Shown here: positions 38,101 to 45,534 of the stretch, piece by piece
Position numbering within the stretch: position 1 is the stretch's first letter
Layout of the letters: each line of letters begins with the position of its first letter
Origin: a virus
DNA length: 64,000 bases
Strand: one strand, 5' to 3'
IMG/VR virus record: IMGVR_UViG_3300022602_001838
Span: 17,548 to 81,547 of that record
Made by a program: the position numbers and the translations under genes
Notes under the pieces: generated by a model
The model's input: only the letters and a program-made list of their open reading frames with translations
What the model was told of the DNA's origin: nothing
Databases searched by the model: none

Positions 38101-39146
38101 AACAAGTCTTTGAGATTGTCTGTGCCCATTGTTTCTGTGCAAAAATCAGCAAAGTGTTGTTTAAATTTATTAAGAAGTTCTGGAGTTTGCTCTTGTCTAT
38201 AACTCCAGCCTGGAATATATTCACTGTAAAATTCATCTCTGCGACCATCTTCGGCGTTAGCAACTTGACTGCAACGACCGTCCACTGGACCAGTAGTAAC
38301 ACGATAGCAATGAAGCATTGCATCTTTGATTTGTGTGATTACTTCGGGGGTCAACGCACTTTTTGCAACACGGCCACTGAAATCAATATCAGTATAATCT
38401 TTGAGAACTCTGATGACAAAATCACGAGCGTTGACATCCACGGGATTACCCTCTGCGTCTCTGCCATATCTGCGTTCAGCGTCACCGTTCATAAAATAAG
38501 CCGTCATATTTTTGAACTCACGGTCTTTTAACAGTTTTTTTAATTTTTCTAAGATTGGGCTGCCTCTTTCGTCATTTGCTATAAGGTCCCTGACTTTTGT
38601 TTCTGCCCAATTTCTATAGTGCGCCCAAACGCTTTTGTACCCACCAGATGCAACCTGAACGCTGCTTTTATACTTGAACAAGTCATCAAAGACTTTTTGA
38701 AATTTATCGCTACCATGTGCGGTACGCAGAATACCATCTATCAAATCGTTTGTGGTCTTGCCCTCAATCCATGTAATACTGTTTGGATCATAGCCCGCTG
38801 GCACTTCTTGTGGGCCCTCTTTCCATGCTTTTACAGTTCGTACTGGAATCAGTGTTTCAAACTCAAAACCAACCAACACACCTTTTTCAGCACCCTGACT
38901 AATAGCCTGAGCAAACGCTGAGGGGTTCATGGCTACTTCGTCAATATTGTCTTCTGTGACAGCCTCTTCTTCCATACTGCCGATTGGACTAACATCATTG
39001 TCTGTGCCCCAAGTAGCACTGACGCCATTGCCATCAGCCAATGCACCATCGATGCCGTTATTCTCTTGAACACCCATCATTAGACCATTAAAGTCTTCGG
39101 CTAGTGTGTTCTTCTTGGTGCCTTCAAATAATGTGTATAAGTTCAT
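35142..39146 (-). CDS. large modular protein with putative amidoligase (COOH-NH2 ligase) domain
   Basis: GFEFE, IEPDGSL, AEVVSPP, TNNSTGLHINVS, SFRHAGG; MNLYTLFEG start. Confidence 0.75.
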   Translation of the reverse strand: MNLYTLFEGTKKNTLAEDFNGLMMGVQENNGIDGALADGNGVSATWGTDNDVSPIGSMEEEAVTEDNIDEVAMNPSAFAQAISQGAEKGVLVGFEFETLIPVRTVKAWKEGPQEVPAGYDPNSITWIEGKTTNDLIDGILRTAHGSDKFQKVFDDLFKYKSSVQVASGGYKSVWAHYRNWAETKVRDLIANDERGSPILEKLKKLLKDREFKNMTAYFMNGDAERRYGRDAEGNPVDVNARDFVIRVLKDYTDIDFSGRVAKSALTPEVITQIKDAMLHCYRVTTGPVDGRCSQVANAEDGRRDEFYSEYIPGWSYRQEQTPELLNKFKQHFADFCTETMGTDNLKDLLKTKWAFKGRVNNNTDTLKEKLWYYVTPGAAEPASLAPRRRSSHSGDYMDGAEFLKANLKDVFGDNMEIFRGYHQATKKLDRWYIEPDGSLRPNQGDYAAEVVSPPLKADAAMTALRTWYQKAQQLNFYTNNSTGLHINVSIPDKLDVLKLATFIGDNYVLKQFGRENNSYARSVINNLKGNGSLPTVGSTTFKDAEKEMKEMVKRISDDHFATVNFNGKYVSFRHAGGDYLSKAADIANTVGRFVRAMIIASDPTAYRDEYVGKLVKMMKAPEVSNSDKLALTDIRSIAARGIPVRFVDVVTTRGSTPEQAIEAAKYWAKSNYGTGRITVKVVPDPSARERLLADSGFATATKENIASAAPENFLRLEMFPTKRSTLEQFADKFSAHGTERGSAFGMYNENRDKNAVGIGYMQTIKQTDPGFVDAVKALRGDTSKPLPLPGTKAAPKADAAKFTSQRTADQEQRLAQGQYSLTNSEGGLIDIINGSEEDALDAAQQYANQRNIHVFVNDDAGRVGGARPQENEYNDDTDDDSFNLTDAQGTMLGQFWGGGDAIQAAQELANARNEAIFIMNSDGQQVGSASPGGEVDESRIFHSDQKVNVIYNPHRSNKKIIVAKAVNHIMAKRVIDTYVHKAEADPTRQKLSAEDFILQPIGNYTREDQYGGGFGGGGIAPVTDTTSPVGGSGMGSLGESKKKDQEADYGDEYQDMVKRVAQQEKRKQQRQQPQKQKTNEAISSPAGKELIRVARRTNPEAQSDTDAVFGYLSGVAKQTRDNYAQVNKILRQLDPLSSELDSTERELQGVETVNKQQQDLLRRLSQRVDQVKTQTLPSKVRAADVPVQQKKDQDSKEREVIRKELDKPVAKDELKQQVHPTPAPVAAPAKSNDHDSITQLQQQIKLIQKQLDKIPGSYGDDSSQKARLTIQKDALISQLRGLKNPANAPMKVTPGHTQELLHDPEELQTELPFDEDEIMESRLYAMKRAGYDII

Positions 39147-40231
39147 TTCGTTTGTCCTGGAACAGGGTTCTGCTGTGCAGTATTTGTGCTTTGTTGTGGT
39201 TGTTGACCCGCTGGCTGATTGGTACCAGTTTGTTGCTGTGCCTGTTGAACTTTAAGTTCTTTTTGCTTGTCTACTGTATCTGCTTTGGTAATCAACTGTT
39301 TCATTTGTGCAGCAGTCTGTGGGTTTTGCAAGGCCTTGCTTGTAGCAACTGCCAATGGTTCCATTTGCTTTAACTCTTGTGCATTTAAATCAGTGTTTGG
39401 CTTGTCATCAAGTTTAGTCATAGTATCACTGAACTTGACTTTATTTAATGGCTGCGCTGCACCCTGTTGATTTAATGCTGTAGATAACTGATTGGTATTC
39501 TTTTGAATCTGTTGCTGATCCATTTTCTGTTGTTGAGCTTTTGGATCGGGATTTTGATTTGTACTACCTTGTGGGGCTTGACTAGCAGCACCATAGCCAC
39601 CAGTGCCACCATACTCGTTCAAGTCTTCTTTATCTTGCCACCAGTATTTTTGACCTGCCTGCGTAGCTTTGGTTGGACGAGCTTTTGCTTTTGGACCACG
39701 ATAGCCACGTTCCCATGCTGCTGCACCTGCTGCTGCTGATTTGCCCTGTTTAACAAAGTGAGCAATCACTGCCTGCTTGCTGTCTAGTTCTTCTGCTATG
39801 AGTTGATTTATAAATGACTCGTTGATTTCGACTGGCATCATCTTACAAACTTCTTTTTTGGTCTCTATCTTAGCACTGGGCACACGTTGTTTCAACATCA
39901 TCAAGTCTTGTTCTGCTTGTCCAAGATTGTTATATTTTGACGCTGGCTTATCATTTACATAAAGAACAAACTCGTCTGCACTTTCTTTAAACTCTTGGAA
40001 CTCACGCATTAATTGATGTGCGTTGGTACGAGGATTCTCTACTAGTGCTTTTTCTAGGTCTTTGATAATGCTTTCTTCTGCACTGCCACCAACCATTTTG
40101 TTCTTGGCCTGGCTTGCTTTGTCAGTGCCTTTCCAGTATCCAGGAAACTTTGGACCCGTTGGCTTCTTAGTATCGCTTTTCATACTTTCGTCAATGCGGG
40201 CTAACTTGCCCAACAGGTCTCGCATACTCAT
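39143..40231 (-). CDS. modular Q-rich hypothetical protein (probable virion protein)
   Basis: Many hydrophobic-x-E sites (IDES, FKES, INES, LNEY); Q-rich C-terminus. Confidence 0.6.
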   Translation of the reverse strand: MSMRDLLGKLARIDESMKSDTKKPTGPKFPGYWKGTDKASQAKNKMVGGSAEESIIKDLEKALVENPRTNAHQLMREFQEFKESADEFVLYVNDKPASKYNNLGQAEQDLMMLKQRVPSAKIETKKEVCKMMPVEINESFINQLIAEELDSKQAVIAHFVKQGKSAAAGAAAWERGYRGPKAKARPTKATQAGQKYWWQDKEDLNEYGGTGGYGAASQAPQGSTNQNPDPKAQQQKMDQQQIQKNTNQLSTALNQQGAAQPLNKVKFSDTMTKLDDKPNTDLNAQELKQMEPLAVATSKALQNPQTAAQMKQLITKADTVDKQKELKVQQAQQQTGTNQPAGQQPQQSTNTAQQNPVPGQTK

Positions 40232-41418
40232 CTTTTAATCATCCCTGATTTCTTTGGCTTTTTGGCTTTGAATGGACTGTTCTTTTGGCTATAGTTACCA
40301 CCAAACAATGTACCAACATTGCTGCCTTTACCAACGCTCATAGATGTAGCAATACCACCAGCACCGCCACCTGCACTGGCAAACTCCATCAATTTGCTTT
40401 CAAACATCTCAGCATAGTCTGGGCTTTCCTTCATACCAGGATAGCGCTGTTTGCCGGGCTGTCCTTCGTTGCCATCATCACGAATTGGATGTGCTTCGTC
40501 ACTGTAGTTGCCTCTTGGCATTTTTTGCGCCACACTTTGCTTTTGTAGATAAGCATAGTTGGTTACCAGGTCGCCTGGAAAGTCTTCGTTATACGTAAAT
40601 AACATACGAGCACGACGGTCACCTAGTTCATCACGAGCAATAGTATATGCCGCTCCTAATACTTCTTCAGCAGAACCTGACGAAACTAAATTGGGATTTT
40701 CATTAAAGACTTGTTGTGCCAACTGTTCTGCATAATTAGAGCCTTCCGCCACACCTTGATCGCCTTTGATAGAAAAAGGTTTCATTCCCATTTTCTGTCT
40801 AAGCACATTGATTTCTTGTATGGTTCTGAACTCACCATCTTGACATTTCAAACGCATAGGTTCATTCTCGTCCCACGATGTGAATTTTCCGCGTTTGTTT
40901 ATTGCCGGGGTAGCACTAGCACGGCCATCCAATCCTTCCGTCATGCCTTGTTCAAACATACCAGATTGGCCACGATGCATTTCTTTTTCGCTGATCAAAT
41001 ACTGCATAACGCTGGTCAACATACCTTTGGCAGCGCCCATCTTTTCTGCTACCCATTCAGGAATATCATCATCGGCACTGATATTTTTGTTTAAGTACAC
41101 TGCCACGCGGTGTATGGTGTGTAGGCTGTTTTTAAATGTAGAACCATCATGCTCGGGTTCGCCGATGAATTCTTCGCCCACGCCTTGCTCACCAAGCCCA
41201 TGTACTCTCAACGACTTCTCGTAATGAGATTCTTCATCGTTTGCTGGCTCATCGTCAAAATCATCAAAATCCCCATCAAATTCTTCTTCATCGTGATTGC
41301 CGTGCAAATCGTTGTAATAATCTTCATCACTGTCATAGTTATGAGGATTGATTTCATTGACGGTCTTGATAGATTCTGTCATCAATTTATTAATGTTAAA
41401 AAGATCGTTGGTTTTCAT
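40228..41418 (-). CDS. modular hypothetical protein with QGxxEG linkers
   Basis: QGVGEE, QGMTEG, QGVAEG; CATAAATA upstream. Confidence 0.65.
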   Translation of the reverse strand: MKTNDLFNINKLMTESIKTVNEINPHNYDSDEDYYNDLHGNHDEEEFDGDFDDFDDEPANDEESHYEKSLRVHGLGEQGVGEEFIGEPEHDGSTFKNSLHTIHRVAVYLNKNISADDDIPEWVAEKMGAAKGMLTSVMQYLISEKEMHRGQSGMFEQGMTEGLDGRASATPAINKRGKFTSWDENEPMRLKCQDGEFRTIQEINVLRQKMGMKPFSIKGDQGVAEGSNYAEQLAQQVFNENPNLVSSGSAEEVLGAAYTIARDELGDRRARMLFTYNEDFPGDLVTNYAYLQKQSVAQKMPRGNYSDEAHPIRDDGNEGQPGKQRYPGMKESPDYAEMFESKLMEFASAGGGAGGIATSMSVGKGSNVGTLFGGNYSQKNSPFKAKKPKKSGMIKR

Positions 41419-42566
41419 ATTATTTTATCCGTGTTAGCGTATTTATGCGAAAAACAATCCGCCGCCTCTGACATTGACTTCCCCGTTTATAGTCATATTT
41501 TGTGTGTAAAATACTGGGTCAGAGTTACATTCACGCACATACAATCTGTGCGCCCCTGGTTCAATATTAATTTCGATGTGTTCTCTAATGAATACATCGT
41601 ATGCAGCCCAAGTCCAACTGCGTTCTGTGAGCATTTCATCATCAACATAGATGCGGTAGCTGGGCTGGCCTTCGCTACGACTGCAATAAACATCCACAGT
41701 TAAACTTACTGCTGCCATTATTTTGCCTTCTTCATACCAGCAATCAAGGCAAGCTCTTGATCAATACTTTGGACCACGCTTTCTGTCAGACCTTGCTTAT
41801 GAATGAATCCACGACTATTTTGTGGAACATTTGTGGTGCAAAACTTGCCGCATACTTTGCCAGTTTTGTCAGTAGCGTGATGAGTCCACTCTAGATCATT
41901 TTTTGGTTTAATAACATTCAACCCTTGCGATTTTGCGTCATCTGTCCAAGATTTCAAATCTCGGTGCAACACTCTGCCTTCTGCCACACCTTGCTTGATG
42001 CTTTTAAGAATAGATTTAGCCTGGGTGCTAGAATCATATGAGCCAATTTGAGTGTTGACTCTTCCCATTGCTTGGAGAATTTTTCCATCGGCAGCATAAT
42101 GAGTGACCTTGCCACCTTTTACTCTGAACAATATGCCGCGAAAACTATAAATGCCATCCGGTTTGCTTACTGACTTATCAATAATTAAATTTACATTATC
42201 GTTATCTAACACCCCGTACTGGATTTTGCCTTCCGCCACACCTTGCTCCCAAACTTTAGAACCAGCACCTTTATTCTTGTCCCAGAAATGTGAGCCGGCA
42301 TCTGTTTGGTGTTGACTACGATTGATTCTAAAGCCTTTTGCTTTGAGCATATCATACACTGTTTGAGCGATGCCTTGCCCTCTGTATTCAGGTGTTACAG
42401 ACATATCCTGTGCTTCAAGATCATGGCCAAGCATATCAAATGTAAAGCCTGCCACTTGTTTTCCGCCCAATGTAACATCAACATAAAGTTCTTCACCTGC
42501 TGTTTCTATGTTGAATTTCATCTTGGGTTTGACGAATTTGTCCAATAAGCCTTCCGCCAAGCCGCC
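40741..42566 (-). repeat. dispersed 18-bp coding repeat CAAGGTGTGGCGGAAGGC (QGVAEG)
   Basis: Exact at 40741-40758 and 42228-42245; one mismatch at 41976-41993; degenerate at 40933, 41170, 41778, 42549. Confidence 0.85.
41443..41718 (-). CDS. hypothetical beta-rich protein
   Basis: P.YRIYVDDE; resembles 43196-43672. Confidence 0.6.
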   Translation of the reverse strand: MAAVSLTVDVYCSRSEGQPSYRIYVDDEMLTERSWTWAAYDVFIREHIEINIEPGAHRLYVRECNSDPVFYTQNMTINGEVNVRGGGLFFA

Positions 42567-43169
42567 GCCCAAATACTTGTCTAGTATTTGTCTTGCCACT
42601 GCTGGATTGCGAGGATACAGGTCTGCGATAATGGCATTCTTTTGTGCATCATCTGCTTGTGGCCACATTGTGCGTATTTGTGTAGCACTGGTTACTCCAC
42701 TGGGGCCTGCATCAAACTGTACAGTTGGCAAGTAGACCATGTAACCATGTTGACTCATTGGAGCAAGATTGCCCTTGTGATATGGTTGTAGATAACTGGG
42801 AGTACCGTCTTTTTTGACACCACCTGCCCCTGGTGGTTCATTGCGATCTTTTTCGCTACGTGCAAAGATCAACACAGTATTATCAGGATCGTATTGACCA
42901 GTAACTTCTTTTGCTACAAAAGGGCTTTTTACCAGTTGGAAGTTCTTGGGGTTCACACCAGCGATCTGAGCAAGTTTTTGCTTTTCGGCAAATGGAAAAG
43001 GACGATCTTTACGGTCGTCCGTTGCTACATAAACGATGTGTGCTCCTGGGAATGCTTGCTCTGCTGCTCGGTACAAGCTCAAGTGTCCGGGGTGAAATGG
43101 GTGAAAACCCCCTGGGATTAAGACCAGGGTTTGTTTTTGCTGTGCTTCAAAAAGATCAAGAATGAACAT
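41718..43169 (-). CDS. modular protein: HxGH nucleotidyltransferase, GNAT and two unknown modules
   Basis: MFILDLFEA; PGGFHPFHPGH and SATQIR; VTPEYRGQGIA; linkers GLAEG, QGVAEG twice, QGLTES. Confidence 0.8.
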   Translation of the reverse strand: MFILDLFEAQQKQTLVLIPGGFHPFHPGHLSLYRAAEQAFPGAHIVYVATDDRKDRPFPFAEKQKLAQIAGVNPKNFQLVKSPFVAKEVTGQYDPDNTVLIFARSEKDRNEPPGAGGVKKDGTPSYLQPYHKGNLAPMSQHGYMVYLPTVQFDAGPSGVTSATQIRTMWPQADDAQKNAIIADLYPRNPAVARQILDKYLGGGLAEGLLDKFVKPKMKFNIETAGEELYVDVTLGGKQVAGFTFDMLGHDLEAQDMSVTPEYRGQGIAQTVYDMLKAKGFRINRSQHQTDAGSHFWDKNKGAGSKVWEQGVAEGKIQYGVLDNDNVNLIIDKSVSKPDGIYSFRGILFRVKGGKVTHYAADGKILQAMGRVNTQIGSYDSSTQAKSILKSIKQGVAEGRVLHRDLKSWTDDAKSQGLNVIKPKNDLEWTHHATDKTGKVCGKFCTTNVPQNSRGFIHKQGLTESVVQSIDQELALIAGMKKAK

Positions 43170-43195
43170 ATTATACGCCTATAGCGTATTTATGC

Positions 43196-43672
43196 TCACA
43201 TTGTTTCTAGAAGCCAGATGTAGAAGGGGTTGGTCCAAGTCAAAGACCAAGCACCGTTCCAGCCCATATTCACACATTTGTTGATGGTCTGAGTAGTTTC
43301 GCCTTTGTAAACCACTGGCATCTTGGTTGTATAAACCCCGTGATCGTAAGGAATCATACCTAGATCAATCTCATCAATCTCAACGCTGACAACATTCAAC
43401 AGCATATCTGCTACGATTGTATAGTTGTCGGGATCAGTGTCATTGTCTTTTTTAGTGTCTGAGGGTTCTTTGTTCAACAACTCAACTTTGAGTGTGGCAT
43501 TGTCAGTGGTGTACTCTACATCAAACTCGTGATATTCGACTACCCCTGTTTCTGCCTGTACGCTACCCTCAGACAACACAGCTTCATTGAAGCTGATACG
43601 ATACTGGGGACGTTTGTCCCAGTACGTACCACTCAGACCCAGTTTGATGTGAATCTTTTCTAGGTCTGCCAT
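43196..43672 (-). CDS. hypothetical protein
   Basis: 158 aa; PQYRISFNE; ends PFYIWLLE. Confidence 0.6.
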   Translation of the reverse strand: MADLEKIHIKLGLSGTYWDKRPQYRISFNEAVLSEGSVQAETGVVEYHEFDVEYTTDNATLKVELLNKEPSDTKKDNDTDPDNYTIVADMLLNVVSVEIDEIDLGMIPYDHGVYTTKMPVVYKGETTQTINKCVNMGWNGAWSLTWTNPFYIWLLETM

Positions 43673-43674
43673 GT

Positions 43675-44580
43675 TTATGCCTTTTGTGGACCTGCAACTG
43701 GTTGACCAGCTTTGGCCATACCGATAGCGTCAAGCAGAGCCTGAGGAGCCCCTTGTGGCACACCGTGATCTTCGCCGTGATACTGATTCTTGGCCTGACC
43801 AACAATGTCCAACTTGCTAAGATCGCCTTGGAACTCATAGTGTCCAATGTGATTCAACAAGACCTTGCTGTGTGCCCAAATCTCGCCACCCAGCTTTTGC
43901 CAACGACGGCAGAACAACCAGTCTTCTGACAAGTAGTGACCACGCTCATCGATCTCACAATCAAAGATCGAGTACATCATTGGCTCGTATTGTTTGCCTA
44001 GGCCTACATCGTCAACATATTTTGTATCTGGATGTGCAGCAATCAACTTCTCATAGACCTGACGCTTGAACAACAAGAAGCCTGTACCAGCTGTGTCAAC
44101 TGTAAAGATATCGCCCTGAATCTTAGTTTCTGGTTTCAAGTTAATAACATAGTTGACTGGCAACGCTTTCTTGGGATACAGACCAGCAATGACTTCTTTG
44201 TCGCAGGCCAACATTTTCAAGATAGCATCTGGTTCAAAGCGAATGTCAGCATCAATAAACATAAAGTGAGTTGCTGTTTGATTGGTCATCATTTTGGCCA
44301 TCAAGTTGTTACGACCACGAGTGATCAACGACTCGTTAACCATTGTATCTAGTGACCAGTTTAACCCAGCTTGTTGTGCCAACAAGATGAAACGCAACAG
44401 ACTTGTGACTGTTGGTTCGCTCATCATACCACCATAACATGGGATACCGATGTGCAAATGAACTTGTCTAAAGTCGAAGGGAACGCCCTGCGGTTGTGCC
44501 TGAGCTTGCTGTGCTTGTTTAGCTGCCGCTGCCTTGATTAGGTTAACGGCGTCACTTTGAGATTTTTTCTTGTCTGTCAT
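43675..44580 (-). CDS. GT-A fold glycosyltransferase-like protein
   Basis: IPCYGG, RGRN, FIDAD (DxD), GTGFLL, LSEDW.FC, HIG. Confidence 0.75.
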   Translation of the reverse strand: MTDKKKSQSDAVNLIKAAAAKQAQQAQAQPQGVPFDFRQVHLHIGIPCYGGMMSEPTVTSLLRFILLAQQAGLNWSLDTMVNESLITRGRNNLMAKMMTNQTATHFMFIDADIRFEPDAILKMLACDKEVIAGLYPKKALPVNYVINLKPETKIQGDIFTVDTAGTGFLLFKRQVYEKLIAAHPDTKYVDDVGLGKQYEPMMYSIFDCEIDERGHYLSEDWLFCRRWQKLGGEIWAHSKVLLNHIGHYEFQGDLSKLDIVGQAKNQYHGEDHGVPQGAPQALLDAIGMAKAGQPVAGPQKA

Positions 44581-44596
44581 TTTTTACTTTCTTGAG

Positions 44597-44764
44597 TTAT
44601 GCTTTTTGAACTTCTACGATTACGTTGGCACCGGCCAATTCCTGTGCTACCACTTCTAAATTAGTCAGTGTGTCGTCATTGATGATTTGTGTAACGTCTT
44701 CTTCACTGTCTTTAATCAAAGTACTGAATGTAAGAACTACTGTTTCTTGGTTAATTTTGGCCAT
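44597..44764 (-). CDS. small hypothetical protein (55 aa)
   Basis: Below cutoff; MAKINQETVV...; SD AAGGAG; AATAAATA upstream. Confidence 0.65.
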   Translation of the reverse strand: MAKINQETVVLTFSTLIKDSEEDVTQIINDDTLTNLEVVAQELAGANVIVEVQKA

Positions 44765-44793
44765 ATGCCACTCCTTGAATAATATGCTAGTAT

Positions 44794-45534
44794 TTATTGG
44801 AGGTGATCTATGGGGTGAATTTTTCCTACGATGCCAGGACTAATCAATGATAAAATAGTTGCAATACTGTCATCGTTTGCGTAGATGTATGCTCCCCAAA
44901 GGGCTGGATACTTTTTCTTTAGATGTGTCAGTACACCTCCTGGGATTTTAACATCATCTCGGGCGGTTAACTGTGCCAGAATACTTCGTTTGGTTTCTAA
45001 TGGGTAATTTCCGTCTCGCAACACAATCTTGTATTTGTATTCCGTTTTGTTCAGAAACACCACATTGTTGCGCAACGCATCTTCTGTGCCAGGTTTGGGT
45101 ATGTTGATACTATACAAGTTGTCGTAAGAACTGATAGCTTCACTTATGATCTTTAGATCATATTCTGTTTCAGCATATACTTGTAGCATATTGCCCTCAG
45201 TTCTAAACTTGACTATGTGTTTGTGTGTTTTAATCACAGTGCGAACACGGTCAATCAAAAACTCATCAACATCATCCCAGTTAATATAAGGGTTGTAGGT
45301 ATAATTATTACTAGATTGATAGAAACCGCGATAGCCCATGCCTGCGTTGCCACTATTAGCAGCAAGTCTATGCTTTATAACATAGGCAACGATATCCTCA
45401 CAAAACTTGTCAGTGGCTAGATTTACCTTTTTTATATCATACACCAACCGCCACAAGTAGCGGTTGAAGTATTGTTTTTTGGTAGTCTCTAGCTTGATAT
45501 TGTGATTTAGATTAACCCAATACGATGAATCCAT
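44794..45534 (-). CDS. hypothetical phage protein
   Basis: About 246 aa; start uncertain; overlaps clpA end. Confidence 0.6.
   Translation of the reverse strand: MDSSYWVNLNHNIKLETTKKQYFNRYLWRLVYDIKKVNLATDKFCEDIVAYVIKHRLAANSGNAGMGYRGFYQSSNNYTYNPYINWDDVDEFLIDRVRTVIKTHKHIVKFRTEGNMLQVYAETEYDLKIISEAISSYDNLYSINIPKPGTEDALRNNVVFLNKTEYKYKIVLRDGNYPLETKRSILAQLTARDDVKIPGGVLTHLKKKYPALWGAYIYANDDSIATILSLISPGIVGKIHPIDHLQ

Noticed and set aside
40741-42566. QGVAEG repeats as CRISPR or DGR repeats
   Set aside because: In-frame coding, spacing of 190-320 nt, no cas or reverse transcriptase gene in the window
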